Source: Lama guanicoe
Taxonomy: Eukaryota
Length of the DNA: 64,000 nt
Reading direction: 5' to 3'
NCBI GenBank assembly: GCA_013239625.1
Contig: MU054096.1
Span: 223,098 to 287,097, forward strand
Both the position numbers and the translations under genes were made by a program. Shown in pieces: positions 48,811-63,245 of the stretch. A model generated the notes under the pieces. That model searched no databases. It had not been told where the DNA came from and was given only the letters and a program-made list of their open reading frames with translations. Each line of letters opens with the position of its first letter. The first letter of the stretch is position 1.

Positions 48811-51709
48811 AAAAACCCACTCAGCTCACAGCAAATCTCTATCCCTAAAAAGGGATTTACTGAAGTTTGCTTTGGTTCCAAGTTCAGCATCTGGACAAGG
48901 ACTCTGATTGGCTTGGTGTGCCAGGGTTTGGGGTTCTATGATCCTTACACGTGTCTTTCTGGACCAATCAGTGAAGGGCATGATGGCAAAATTGTGGGAA
49001 AAACAGTAACATCTCCCTTGAAGTAAATTGTTAGCAGAGTTCAGAAGAAAAAGTCTAATTTTTTTTCAGTAAAAACCACAGAAAGTTAGATAAACAAAGC
49101 CATGGGTGTCACTGTGAGCATCTGTCCACTCACATCAGTGAGACTCGTTCCAGACTTCACTCTTGAACTTCCCCGGTCAGAAAATCCAATTGGTATCCTC
49201 CCATTTTTCCAACTACGTTCTACTTTTAAAATAGAATTCCTCCTCATTCCTTACCTGAAAAATAGTGGTAGTTTTCCTTGGTGGCACTGACTCCTGTTTT
49301 CACCATCCTTCATGTAACCCTCACAATGAACATTCTAGAACACAAATGTGGTCATGCAAGATTCTCCATCACCTGAAGAATGAAGTTCCAAATCTAACAT
49401 ATCAAGCAAAGTCCCTCTGAACTAAGCTTGACACCTTTCTCCAGTCTCATCTCCACTGACTCCTACTAATTTGCTCATATTCCAGGGTTTCAACTTGCTT
49501 CTTCTGGAGACTCATCCAGATGTCTCATCCAACAAATACAAGGAAAATTTTTGCTCAGCTCTGGTGCTTTAGAAGTCAGCAAGACCTCCTTCTTCAGCCG
49601 TTGAGAGGGACCAGATTTTACACAGAACCTCAGAGAGAAATAGATGGAGAGATATTCCAGATCACCCTTCCCCTATTTTTACAGATGAGATACTGCGTCC
49701 AAGCTTACAATGTAATACACATTGGAATACGACTTCTGGATTATCTGGATGAAAGACGAACTGTTAACAGTTGTGAGAAATTAAAAAATACCAACTCATG
49801 TGTTGGTCCCCCCAAATATGTAGAATACATCTCACTCTGAAGAAAATAAAATTCATGTAAAATTCATGTAGAAATACTTCTCCTCTCTTTCCTTCTTGTT
49901 ACCTTCCCCCAAGAAAAGAATTATTAAGAGATCCAAATGTTGCAGTTACCTGCAAAGATGGAAACATTCACAACATTTTTACCCCAGAATGGCAAAGCAG
50001 AAAAGCAACTCCAGGAGTCCTGAAGTGAATCATTAGCCTTCCACAGACCCACCCAGACTCCTTTTCCAACCACGTTAGTACCAGTGTCCTGAGATCCCCG
50101 GCTGTGTTCTTCTTTTCATGAGTTTGGAAAGAATGACTAATCCTTGTGTACTATTCTTAGACTCTTGTTATTTGGCTAATTTAGAAAGAATGGACTAATA
50201 CTAATAATATCCAACGTTTATACCACGTTCACAGTTTACAAAGTCTTTTTCCAGTGAATCCTCACAGCTGTTCCCAGATGAAGTATCTTGCCTTGACTCA
50301 TCTGTAACCAAGTGGCAGAGCTAAGATATCGACTCGGGTCTTCTGAGTCCAGCCTTCAGTTTTAACCATGCACAAGACTGGGTAAGTGATGGCAGCTGCT
50401 GTAACTGATACCCTTCCTGTTTCAGTAAAGGCTGTTCTTGTTTTTGTCACAGCAGTGTGCTTGGTGGGGCTGGGGATTCCACTCCACACAGTCACGCAGG
50501 GATTCATGTTCATTTCACCCATGCGTCAGTCAGTATCTTGCACATTGGTTTCCAAAGCCACTAGAGAACCAGAGAGGATGGGAGATCACACACGGGAGGT
50601 TTATATGGTCCAGTCCTGGTGGCAAAGCACATCACTTCCACCCAACTTCTTTCGACCAGGCTGTCATCTCAGCAAGTGACTCCAAGATGTAATTCAGCTG
50701 CTTTTCCAGATTCACAAGCTTTAGGAAAGTGGATGTGAGAGCTTTGTCTTTAGTTCTTTGGTTTATCAAGCTTTCATGAAGTCCCCTCACCTGGGGAGTT
50801 ATTTTTCTTCCTTTCCAGTGTCTTTTTCCTCCTTGAAACTCCCAGATTTTCTCTCTACCCCTATTCTTACCTAGCCCTTTCTCCGAGGCTGTTTTGAGAT
50901 CTTTTCTGTCCTTTTCTTTGAACTTTTCACCTGTGTATTTGTCTTTGCCTGCATGAACCATGAGCTCTTTAAAGACCAAACTGTGTCTGTTATCATAATA
51001 CATTCAGTCCACCCTCCATCATCAACCCTCCACTATTATACAAATCGACTCAGTTCTGCCCTATTGTGTACAAGATGCTTGGTGCCTTGAGGAGAAGCAA
51101 AGAGGAATTAGGCATGGGTCTTAAGAAGCTTATAAAATAAGGCTAATTGTGAAATGTGGGGCAGGGACCGGAAAAGCCTTCACTGAAGAAATAGTCATCA
51201 CAATAGTGGTAGCTCACAGTGACTGAATTTTTACTGCACCAGCCACCGTGGTCAAGGGCCTTGCATGTATCATAGCGTGTCATTGTCATAGCAGCCTTAT
51301 GAGATGGCTGTTCCCATCAGCCAGATTAGACCAGACAGGGGGAAATTTCCTGTAAAGGACATGACTGAGACAACTAGGGAAATGTCAGCAAGGGCTGTAG
51401 ATTAGAGAGATAATAGCATTGTATAAACGTTGACTTTCTGGATTTTCGTCACTGTTTTGGGTTACGTCTTTTTTCGTAGGAAATTCACCTGGAAGTATTT
51501 AGAAATGAAGGGGCATGATGTTGTAAACTTACTCTCAAATGTTTCAGAAAATGGTTATAATCTGTGTAAGGGAGAGAGGGAAAGGGAAAGAAAAATGATG
51601 AAAGAAATACAGCAAAATATTAACAACTGGGGAGTGTGGGTAACAGGTATACTGGCAGTTTTGTCTTACTCTCAAAATTTTCTGCAAGTCTGAAATTATT
51701 TCAAAATGA

Positions 51710-52440
51710 AAAAGTGTAAATGCTGGAGAGGGTGTGGAGAAAAGGGAATCCTCCTTCACTCCTGGTGGGAATGTAAATTGGTGCAGCCATTATGGAGGAC
51801 AGTATGGAGGTTCCTTAAAAAACAAAAAAATAGACTTACCCTACGATCTAGCAAACCCACTGCTAGGCATGTATCCAGAGGGAACTCTAATTTGAAAAGA
51901 CACCTGCACCCCAATGTTCATAGCAGCACTGTTTACAACAGCCAAGACATGGAAACAACCCAAATGTCCGCTGACAGATGACTGGACAAAGAAGCTGTGG
52001 TATATTTATACAATGGAATACTACTCAGCCATAAAAAAGAATCAAATAATGTCATTTGCAGCAACATGGATGGACCTGGAGATCATCATTCTAAGTGAAG
52101 TAAGCCAGAAAGAGAAAGAAAAATACCATATGATATCACTCGTATGTGGAATGTAAAAGAAAAAAGAAAAGAAAAGAAAAAAAAAGAGGACACTAATGAA
52201 CTCATCTACAAAACAGAAATAGACTCACAGACATAGTAAACAATCTTACGGTTACTAGGGGGAAAGGATGAATTTGGGAGTTTGAGATTTGCAAATGTTA
52301 GCCACTATATATAAAAACAGATTTTAAAAAATTTCTTCTGTGTAGCACAGGGAACTATATTCAATATTTTGTAATAACCTTTAATGAGAAAGAATACGGA
52401 AACTATGTATGTATATATATGCATGACTGGGACATTGTGC
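51710..52440 (+). mobile_element. Young L1 ORF2 C-terminus and 3'UTR
   Basis: ORFs 51706-51981 and 51914-52156 ([38 protein letters not shown]). Confidence 0.95.
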
Positions 52441-52654
52441 AGAAAGACAGAATCCTCGTAAACAGAGCTTCCTGAGAACACGGATGGGTGTGCACAGCAT
52501 GGCTCCCACGCAAGCCCTGGCCAAAAAAGGCCAGGAGGCCCAGCCTCCAGGAGCTCTCCTTCCAAAAATATTCTTTGCTTGTGGAAACCAAGTAGATTCC
52601 AGTGGACTCACGGGCTGACTGCCTGGCTGCATCTCATAAAATGTCTTACCAGCC

Positions 52655-52701
<47 letters not shown>

Positions 52702-53998
52702 ATAGGGGGAAAGGATGAATTTGGGAGTTTGAGATTTGCAAATGTTAGCCACTATATATAAAAACAGATTTTAAAAAATTTCTTCTGTGTAGCACAGGGA
52801 ACTATATTCAATATTTTGTAATAACCTTTAATGAGAAAGAATACGGAAACTATGTATGTATATATATGCATGACTGGGACATTGTGCAGAAAGACAGAAT
52901 CCTCGTAAACAGAGCTTCCTGAGAACACGGATGGGTGTGCACAGCATGGCTCCCACGCAAGCCCTGGCCAAAAAAGGCCAGGAGGCCCAGCCTCCAGGAG
53001 CTCTCCTTCCAAAAATATTCTTTGCTTGTGGAAACCAAGTAGATTCCAGTGGACTCACGGGCTGACTGCCTGGCTGCATCTCATAAAATGTCTTACCAGC
53101 CTCCCCGCCCCCATCACCTCCCTCCTCCCTCCCACCCCCTCCCCGTGTTGAATATGCCCTGATGCGTTTGTGTTCCCTTCCCTCCTGACCCTTCTCACAC
53201 CCAGGAGCCAGGTCCCAGCCCCCTCAATTCCTCCTGCGACACCTACCACCCGGAGGAGCGCCTCGTGGGTTGGTAAATGGCTACTTGAGCAATGTTGGAA
53301 GCTGTCTCTCCTAATTTGGGTTCCCCCAGAAGCACAGCCTGAAACAAGGATTTCAGTGGAAGCGGTTTATTTGGGAAGTGACCCCAGGGACAGCCCACGG
53401 GGAGCGGGGAGCGAGATGGGGAGAGAAGGTGTGTTACTAAGCGGGGTCACCTCTGTGGGTGACTGGGGCCTCGTCTCCCAGGGAAACTCTGGGAAAAGGT
53501 GCAAACTGTCCTGGGAATGACCTGCCCCGGGGACTGAGCTATTTATATGCCAGCTCCTGAGAGGCCCCATGGAGGGTGCTCCGGGGAGGGTCCTAACAGT
53601 TTCCCAGCCATACACGGGAAGGCAGGGTGACCTTCCACAGTTCCAGAACCGCTCCCCCCCCGGGGCTCCAAAGCGCAACCTGCTGCAAGGTGGAGGTCAG
53701 CCAGCCCATCAGACTTTTTGGCTCTGCCAAGTCTGGGGGCCGCGGGCGAGGGGAGCCTTGGCTACAACCCCCTCCAGGGAAGGCAATCGCAGCAGACCCT
53801 TGAAAGTCCCCACGACAATATGCAAGCCCTGGGAGTCCCTGTTGTACCTTCTCCCAAAGGCAGATAGGGGGTTGGGGGGGGTCCCCTTCCTACTAGTTCA
53901 CCCCAGATTGTCTGTGAGCCTCTTCCTCTAGCCACATAGAGTACTTTACCTGAGTGATCGGGAGATTTTCTCCATCTTGTTGCATTTCTCACATCGTC

Positions 53999-54132
53999 TT
54001 TTTGGGGGTGGGGGAGGGGCATAGATACTCGCTTTATTTATTTATTTATTTTTTAATGGAGGGACTGGGGATTGAACCCGGGACCTTGCACATGCTAAGC
54101 ACACGCTCTACTACTGAGCTACACCCTCCCCC
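53999..54132 (-). mobile_element. vic-1-type SINE
   Basis: Reverse complement of the consensus. Confidence 0.9.
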
Positions 54133-54199
54133 TCTAGCAATGGCTTTTTGATGCCCCCCCAGAGATGATTCCGCTTCACAGCAGGTGCTCGGTCTCCTG

Positions 54200-54866
54200 C
54201 CGGTGTCCATGGACTCTGTGTAATCCTGGCTGCTCCCCTTGAGACAGGAGGGAAGGGGGTAGGGCACAGCCACGCAAGGAATGCCCGCAATTAACACCAA
54301 AACAGTGGAAAATTCAACTCCCAGTTGGCCTTGGGGATTAAGCTGGTGGGAGGTTTGACTTCTAGTAGACCTTGAGCTTCATCATATGCTCACTGTAACA
54401 TATTAACATGATAAATAACATGCCCACAGGCTCCATGACAGTCCCAAAGAGTGGGTGGTGGCCCAGTTCCTGGGGATCCCAGCCCCTTCCCCAGGGTAGC
54501 TGGAATGGGCCTCGCATTTGTAGGCGAGAAGCTACCAAGCCCATAAAAACTGGCAGCCTTGCACCTCGTGGCCACCTCTCTCGCTCCCTCATCTCTGGAG
54601 ACGGCCTGCACTCTGTCTATGGTGTGTGTACCTTCTTTTACTTTAACCTGAGCTCCCAACCCTCGTGGCCTTTCTCTTTTGAAACAGCTTACACTCTATG
54701 CAGCATGTATCTCGCTGAATAAATCTACCTTTACTCAACTGGCTCGCTCTTGAATTCCTTCCTGCGTGAAGCCGAGGACCCACACCTGGCGGGGCACGTC
54801 CCAGGGGCTCCACCGAAGCCTGGGACATGGTTCTCCTCATGCCCCACATCGGTTTTTCCTGCATCA
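54200..54866 (+). mobile_element. Solo ERV1 LTR (MER50-like)
   Basis: TATA-like ccataaaaac at ~54542, AATAAA at ~54718, ctcttgaattccttcctgcgtgaagcc R/U5 motif, ends ...gcatca. Confidence 0.7.
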
Positions 54867-57800
54867 TCCTGGTGGAGGGGAGGGAGGGGAGGAGCACCCT
54901 CCTTACATCAGAGAAGAAAAATGGAGGCTCAGGGAGTGAGGGCATGTGCACAAGTCTACACCGGCTGGGGTCAGAGTCCGAGCCCACCTGACCCTGAGCT
55001 ACTTTTCTCTGTTCAGGGTCTGTTTCTCCTTCTTCTGGTAATGGTGATCATTTATTTTTTGGAAGCCATTCCTCTCCCCTCCATCTCTGCTGTTCAGCGG
55101 AAGGCTGCTCCAGCCGCAGTTTCAGAGGTGCTCACTTGATCCAGGCTCAACCAATCACTGTATGTTTGCCACTCTGGCCGTTTTGGTTCAAAGATGGACA
55201 CGTGACCCAAGTCAGGCCTGTATTTCAATGAAATGAAAGAAAGCAAGAAGCTCCTCTTTCCAGGGCGACTAGCAGTTGTAAGGCTGCCATGAGCCTGGAG
55301 CTACCAGGAGCCACTGTGGGGAGACTGATAACAGAGGCATCAAAGAGGACAACGAGATACGCAGGAGAGAGGAGGAGCCACACGACGCCACTTGAACCCC
55401 TAGATCCAGCTGAACCTGATGCCTGTTTCTAATCTCTGGACTTTTCAGTCACAGGAACAATAAGCCAATCTCAATCTCTCTACCGCCTTCATTCTCTCCC
55501 TCCCTCCCTCCCTTCTTCCTTTCTAAGCAAGTTTGAATTGGGATTTCTTATTTCGAAGGGAACAACCGAAAGCATTCTAACAAATCTGAACTCTTCTCCT
55601 AAGCTCTTCCCATGATGCCATATAGGCTACATTTTGGTGCAGACACACACACACACTCATTTTTGTAGAGCCCTTTCTAAAGCACCTTCACACACTTTTT
55701 CTCTGACAACCATCTGAGAGAAGCCAGATGGGTATTACACTGCTATAGACATTCTTCTAAATAAGGAAACCGAAATTCAGAGAGGCTAAGTGACTAACCT
55801 GAGATCACACAGTTAGCCAGTGGGTGGCAGATCTGATGTAAGGACCCAGATCGGCTGGGTCACAGGTCAGTCAGTGTTCTTTCCACTGTCTCTTGCTGGA
55901 GTCCTGGGTCTCCAGTCTTGGTGGTCATCAACCTGTGTGATCTTCCAAACAAGTTCACCTCTCTGGGCTTCAATTTCCCCTAAGAGGGGCTTGGCAACTA
56001 TGATTTCTAAGGGCCCTGCCCAAACTTGCAGGGTGTGGGGGCAGAGGATGGTCTATGATTTTACTTCATACCTGTGCCTAGGAACTGGCTGGGTTCGCTC
56101 TAACACAAAGACGGGACTGGGAGGACGTCCCATCAGGCAGAGACTTACTCAGCACGCACACACACGCAGGCACGCACCTGTCTAATGACATTAAAGTGCC
56201 CGGTGATCCTGTTCCGAGACACGGCAAACAGCAGTAATAACCCAAGAGGAATAAAGTAATTGCGCTGAGGCCCTGGACCCCATCTGCTCTGTCCCTGCTT
56301 AGAAAAAAAAAAAAAAAAAGGGCCACGTGCTTGAAGCTTTTTGTCTCTCGGTCTTCAAACAAAATGAAATAAAGCAGGTTTTGTGCGGCTGCAGGCCCGA
56401 CAATGAGGAAGTAAGCTCTGCTCTGGCCTCGCCTCAGGGCAGTTGCTTGTATGGCTTTGTGCTGGGTGGTGGGGGTGGGGCTCTTCAGTGTGTGTAGGAG
56501 GCCATCCTGAAGCTGTGCCCTCCCCTCCCAGCTGGGGCCTGTGGCTTCTCAAGATCGCAGATTCAGGAAGCACTGACAGATTGCTGAGTTTTAAATCCAC
56601 TCACAGTGCCGGTTTCTTGGGCACTTCCACTGCTTTGCAGATTCTCTTAATCATGGACTTTCCCCCTGCCTGGAGACAGCTTTTTAAAGGTTTCTAAAAG
56701 GCATGGGGGCACAGAGGCTGTTGGCTTTGCTATATCTTGCTGTATCTTTCCCAGTGACCTGCAAGATAGTCATCAACCGAAAACCATTTCTAAGGGCGCC
56801 CGCACACCTCCCATGCGGGTCTTTGCTCACAAGCCTTGTTCCGGTCTCTGCATTTGTAAGAGACGTTTTGTCCTGACAAGTCAGCTCGTGTCCTGTACGC
56901 CGTCTGCTCTCGGGAAAGTTAATATTACACAGTCATGTGCTCAGCCCTTAGTTTCCCAGATGTTATTTCTGAAGTCAGAATTCGTTTTAGCCAGCAGGAC
57001 TTTGAACCCTGGCTGGGGTGGGGGGAGGGTGGGGTGAGGACAGAGGAGCGTAGAGGCAACAAAACAGAAGTAAAGCCACGATTCAGCGTTTAATTTACAG
57101 GGTTGGATGTGGTCCTCTGGGTGAAAGGAGAGAGATGCCTGGTGTGATTCTGACTTTCCTAGGAGTCAGGGGTTCCCAGAATGACCTGTCAGTGATGTTC
57201 AAGCTGCTTCAGAGAGAATCTTAGTGACAGCTCTATATTTTGAGCATTATGCATATTTCAATACATCTAGAATAACTAGTGAGAAATCCTTTAAGACAGA
57301 GTCCCTGCTGCACAAGCTGAAAAAAAGTCTCCAAGAGTTCCCAAGATGTTGCCATAAAACACTAGGCTGTTATGTTCCTGTAAGAAGAGCACCGTTGCCT
57401 TGGTAACCATCTGCAGCTCTGCCCTGCATCTTAAACTCTGGATCCTCAGATGAGATGCAGGGCAGTCCCTCTGTATGAACAGCTGATGCTTCATTCTTGG
57501 ACCACTGAGCATGTAAAGACCAAGAGTACCTGTGGAAGCGCTAGTCCAAAGCAACCCCTCCTGTTAAAGTCTATGCAACCACGATACCAGCTTGCCGATC
57601 CTTGATCTGGCATAGACGCGGATTCATTACGTCTCCCAAAATGACTCGCTGGTTGAATTCCAGCCCTGCCAGTCGCTTAAGGGCCAGCTCAGACCCCCGA
57701 GCACCTCCTCCATGAAGACACGTTCAGTTATTTCTGTCCAGCCGCAGCCTTCCGGTTTAAGCTGTGCGTCTTCCTTCGCAGCAGAGTCCGATTCAAACTC

Positions 57801-58484
57801 CCCTCACCCCAGCCTTGCTCTTAGACTGCACTTGGAAGCTTTCTGCCTCGTCCTGTCTCTTCCTCTTCTTCCTGACTTGCTTCTGATCTCCGGGGCTCGG
57901 GTTCTTGTGTCTCATCACCTGTATCCAGCCTCGCACCTGTCCCTTGGACCTGATACCAGTTTGGCTTCTCTGGAAATGACCAGCATCCAGTCAGTGCTCC
58001 CTTCTTTGGCTCTGGCTTTGGTATTTGCCTTTTGGTGGCATTTTGATGGGAGATCTGGGGTGTTCAGTGACTTATTTCAGTTCCTGGGACCTACCCCAGT
58101 GCTGACCCCTATGGTCAGCTAGCTTCTGGTCCTGTCAGAAGGAAACTGGACAATCATAGCAAGGAATGGTGTTTTTCCTTGGGACCAAATGCCTTCCCAT
58201 GGTGGTCAGTAACTTTCCTGAGACAGAGCCCAGTTACAGACCAGGCAAGGCCGACACTCAACAGGCTTCTGAGTTAAGTGTGCCTGAGTTCTAATTCCAG
58301 CTCTCTGTTGACTTCGTTTATTTGGTATATGAACTTGGAGATGTAATGAGCCTCTTTGAGCCTCAGTGTCCCCATCCCCTGTTAAAAAGGAATAGTAACA
58401 GTAGTACGTATTTCACAGGATTTAGTGAGTGGTAGGGTGAAACTGAAATATTAACCAAATTTTTTTGCACCAGTACAAAATCTT

Positions 58485-58860
58485 TTTTTTTTTTAACTTG
58501 AAGTACAGTCAGTTACAATGTGTCAATTTCTGGCGTCCATCACCATGTCCCAGTCATGCATGTACATATATGTATTCATTTCATACTCTTTTTCATTAAA
58601 GGTTATTACAAGATATTGAGCATAGTTCCCTGTGCTCTACAGAAGACAATTTAAAACCTATTTTTATATATAGTGGCTAACATTTGCAAATCTCTAACTC
58701 CCAAATATATCCCTTCCAACCCCCTTTCCCCAATAACCATAAGATTGTTTACTGAGCCTGTGAGTCTGTTTCTGTTTTGTAGATGAGTTCATGGTGTCCC
58801 TTTTTTTTTGAGATTCCACACATGAGTGGTAACATATGATATTTTTCTTTCTCTTTCTGG
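58485..58860 (-). mobile_element. Young L1 3' end
   Basis: Poly-T-led 3'UTR; TSD cagtacaaa on both sides. Confidence 0.9.
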
Positions 58861-58939
58861 ACAGTACAAACTCTTCTACCTGGTCCCAGGATGGTGTGGA
58901 AATGAGTGTGTGTATGTGTGTGTGTGTGTGTGTGTATGC

Positions 58940-58976
<37 letters not shown>

Positions 58977-59407
58977 GAATATTTCTCAGAGAGCCCTGGG
59001 GCACACAGCAGGCACTCCATAAATATAAATATAATTTATTTAAGCAATAAATATAAGCTTTAAATATCCAATAGAGGACTGAGAACCAACAGGTAGATCA
59101 CCATGCCTTTCAGGTCTGGAGCAAAGAGCTGTTGCTTATGGTTACTTTATAGATTTTCCAGAACTTAAGCCCGCTGTGCACAAGATTCAGATCTTCAGAA
59201 TGAAAGATGATTTGCATTTGACTGGAAGGGTCTAGCTTCTAGATGCATCTAAGGACATGTTAGTGAGATCCGAATTTTCTATATGGGTCTGAACCCTGGA
59301 GCAGGTCATCTTTAATGTAATCATCCTTCACAATCCAGTTTTTTCCTGAGGTTTGTCAAGAACTCTTGACTGGGGGACCCATACTACTTAAAGATCATGC
59401 CTTATAC

Positions 59408-59630
59408 TAGTGGTCAGCAAACTAAGGCCTATGGACCAAATTGAGTTTGCTGAAAAGTTTTTGTAAATAAAGTTTTATTAGCACACAGCCATGCCATTCA
59501 TTTAGGCATTGTCCACGACTGCTTCCTCAGCATAGTGACAGAGTTGAGTAGTTGTGATAGGGACCAAATGGCCTGCAAAGCAAAAGACATTTACTATGTG
59601 GACCTTAGAAAATGTCTGTTGACCCCTGTT
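59408..59630. mobile_element. MER58-like hAT MITE (another copy at ~12380-12545)
   Basis: gtaaataaagttttatt...cacagccatgcc core; degenerate TIRs agtggtcagcaaac / gtctgttgacccctg. Confidence 0.75.
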
Positions 59631-59879
59631 CTGTATCATGCATGTTAAGGCCCCCAGAATGGCAATTTATACATGACGTTCTCTTATGTTTCTCCATTGT
59701 AAGTTTTACCTCTGATACAAGAAAAAGAATCTTGAGGGCCAAGCCCAGTCATCCATTTCTTCTGTGTACCTCGTGGACACTTGAGGCCTCCTCAGTCAGG
59801 CACCAACTGCTCTGCAGCCTTAAACCCCCTCCCTTTCCTATACTTTCTCACTTTTCTCATCTAGGTAAGCCAATCAGTC

Positions 59880-60650
59880 TTTTTTTTTTTTTTAATTGAA
59901 GTATAGTCAATTACAATGTGTCAGTTACAGTGTGCCAATTTCTGGTGTACAGTATCATGTTTCAGTCAAACATATACATACATATGTTCCTTTTCATGTT
60001 CTTTTTCATGATAGGTTACTATAAGGTATTGAATATAGTTCCCTGTGCTATACAGTAGACCTTGTTGTTTATCTCTTTTATATATAGTAGTGTGTATCTG
60101 CAAATCTCGAACTCCCAGTTTATCCCTTTCCACTCCCTACCCCTTCCCCACAACCATAAGTTTGTTTTCTATGTCTGTGAATCTCTTTCTGTTTTGTAAA
60201 TTAGTTAATTTGTGTCTTTTTAAATTTAAATTCCATATATGAGTGATATCCAGTATTATTCTTTTCTTTCTGGCTCACTTTATTTAGAATGACCATCTCC
60301 AGGTCCATTCACATTGTTGCAAATGGCATTATTTTATTCTTTTTTATGGCTGAGTAGTATTCCATTGTATAAATACACCACAGCTTCTTTATCCAGTCAT
60401 CTGTCGATGGACATTTAGGTTGCTTCCATGTCTTGGCTATTGTAAACTGTGCTGCTATGAACACTGGCATGCATGTATCTTTTCAAATTAGAGTTCCCTC
60501 CATATATATGCACAGGAGTGGGACTGCTGGATCATATGGTAAGTCTATTTTTAGCTTTTTGAGGACTCTCCATACTGTTTTCCATAATGGCTGCCCCAAA
60601 CTACATTCCCACTAGCAGTGTAGGAGGGTTCCCTTTTCTCCACACCCTCC
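59880..60650 (-). mobile_element. Young L1 3' fragment
   Basis: Poly-T, 3'UTR and ORF2 end on the minus strand. Confidence 0.9.
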
Positions 60651-63030
60651 CTAGAAGCCCTTTCTCAGTCTCTATTTTATGAAATGAGATGAATACTATC
60701 TATCATAAAAATAGTATCTATCATTAAATGAAATGATAAATGCAAAACACCTAGGAGGATGATTGGCATACCAGAGGTACTTAATACGTGGTAGACTGTG
60801 GGCAGAGTATGGTGTCTATGGTGGGAAGAGGTATATGCTGGAAATTAGGAGGCTGGCATTCTCATTCCAGAACTGCCGCTCCCTGTGTAAACTTGGGGAA
60901 ATCCCCCACCTCTCTGATCCTTTGCTTTGTTTATCTAGAAAACAGGATGACACCTGGGGTTTCCACACTGTTTCCTATGGAAACTCTTGGCTCTGCCAAA
61001 TTCCTCAGACTTCCTCTGGGAAGGGCTAGAGAGAGCCCAGCAGAAGCTGGTCCCTGCCTGCGTTCCAAGCAGAGAAGGTCCAGTTTGGTTTGTTTGCTAG
61101 TTGGGCTTCCAGAAAAGACTTGGTTGGAAGAAAAAGCATCGCTGCTTTTATAAAGTAAAAACAGAAATACCATTGTATTCCAAGGTCTTCAGAATCCTTC
61201 CCTGCCCTAGTACTTACTCTGGGATCCCAGGAGAGTCTCAATGGGTGGCTTAGTCCACCAAGTCCTCTTGGGAGAGATTGGACCTTCCGCACCCCACTGA
61301 CTAGTTGGCAAGAAGCCAAGGGTGCCCTGCAATTTCCAAGACGGCCCAGGTGTAGAGGTAGCCAGGTGGGGCAGAATCATGACTAGAAATAAGAACTAAA
61401 AACACAACGAACAGGTCCAGTCCCTGGCACGGGGACCTAGGGGTAGGGCGGATGCTCGCTGCTCTGGTTAGAAAATGCTTAAGTCAAGTACAAGATGGGG
61501 CACACCCTTTCTGACCAGTGAGCTAGGGTGAGAGTAACACCTGGTTTACAACACACAAATGACACAAAAAGGGAGGTTGGCCAAAGGCTGTACTGTAACT
61601 TTTTATTTACACAGGCCACAAATATTTATGTTAAATGTGCTGGACACTCTTTTAGGTGCTGGGGAGAGAGACTAGTCCAGTATCTGGAGACAGTATCAAT
61701 TAATAAGCAAATAATTATGTAAGTGGGGTGGCAATAACTGTTAAATAAAGGGGACAGAGATAAAAGGGGTGCTGTTTTAGAGGTTTCTTTCTGGGATAGT
61801 TTTGAGTAGAGGTTGGTATTAGAATAGAGACATGAAGGAAGTCAGGGAGAGAGCCCCTGACCCTCAGAGAAGCGTGGTCCAGGCAGAGGGTTGAGTGATG
61901 GTGAGGTCCTAAGGACAGAGGAGCAGCGAGGAACACAGGAAGTGGGTGGTGGGGAGTGGCAGGGGTTACAGCATCCAGACGCTAACGAACCACTGTGAGG
62001 AATTCAAAATGTTAAGCCGTTGAAGGGCTGTGAGCAGGAGTGATTTAACTTTTAAAAGGGTCACCCTAGTTGATATGGCGAAGGTAGAATGTGAGTGACC
62101 ACTTAGGAGGCTGGTGTAATAATGCAGGTGAGAGGTGGTGATGGATTAGCAGCGGAGGCAGGTGATCTGATTCCAGATGTGTGCTGAAGGTAGAAACCAC
62201 CAGCCCAACTGAAGGACCAGGACATCACTGATACCTTTGTTTTCAGTACCTGCTCTTCCCTATCCTGTCACTTTTCTCTGCCCAGGAGAGAGGATTTCCT
62301 CTTGAACAAAGAGAGGGGGAAAGATAGCAAAGCAAAGAGACAGAAAACAGGATTAGATACGAGTAAGAAAACAAGAAAACGATAAAAAAGCAGCAGAAGA
62401 ATACAAATCGAAGAGGCAAGAAATGCACACCAACCAGAGTTAAAAAGCCAGTGAGAAAAAGAAACGCTTCACCCTAGCTTCAGCATCTCCGTCCTTCTCT
62501 ATTGATAACGTAAAAGTAATAGACGGGTTGATTTCCTGTGCAGGCGAAAACCCTCTTGGAAAACTGTTTTGCTTTCAGTGGACATGTGCTCAGTGCCAGA
62601 TGGAAGCAGGAGAAATAAATCTATCAAGAAAAAGGAAAACCAGTGATGGAGGGTGAGCTGCATGCTCAGAGATCCAAATTCAAGCAATCATCACTTCTGA
62701 CAAAACCCAAGTCTCCCTGTACGGTAAATAGGTGCCGACCCACGCAGCTTCCGGAAGAAAAACTCGCCACCTCTCCAAGGTCCCCTACAGTAGCCACAGA
62801 GCAAGTGTTCTGCGCTGGTGTCTCACGAAGTCACGTACCCTTGGGGGTGACCTGAAACCATTGTTCTCCCAAGAAGGGCAAAAGCAACCGGAAGTTTCCA
62901 CTTCCATTGGAGGATATAATCACATCCGTTGGCTGTGTGGGAGAGAAGGCTGTCTGGCCATTGGAGCTTTTTGATACTGTTATTGAAGGAAACATTGGTC
63001 ATAAATCTTGATGAATGATTACAGGAGCTA

Positions 63031-63245
63031 GTAGCATTATTTTATTCTGTTTTTTTTTTTATCACTGAGTAGTGATTCATGGTATAAATAAATATACAAC
63101 AGCTTCTTTATCCAGTCCTCTGTTGGTGGACATTTGGGTTGCTTCCATATCTTGGCTGTTGTAAATAGTGCTGCTATGAACAAGATGCTATATACCAGAA
63201 ATTCACATGTTGTAACTGACTAGACTTCAATTGAAAAAAAAAAAA
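63031..63245. mobile_element. 5'-inverted (twin-primed) short L1 insertion
   Basis: Antisense L1 segment 63031-63182 joined to a sense 3' end with poly-A; TSD gattacaggagcta / gattaaaggagcta. Confidence 0.8.

Noticed and set aside
723..54132. tRNA-like sequences (GGGGAGGGTATAGCTCAGTGGTAGAG...GGTTCAATCCCCAGTACCTCCA) as tRNA-Ala genes
   Set aside because: Each continues into the shared SINE body and A-rich tail with TSDs, and the copies are mutually divergent; they are SINE heads.
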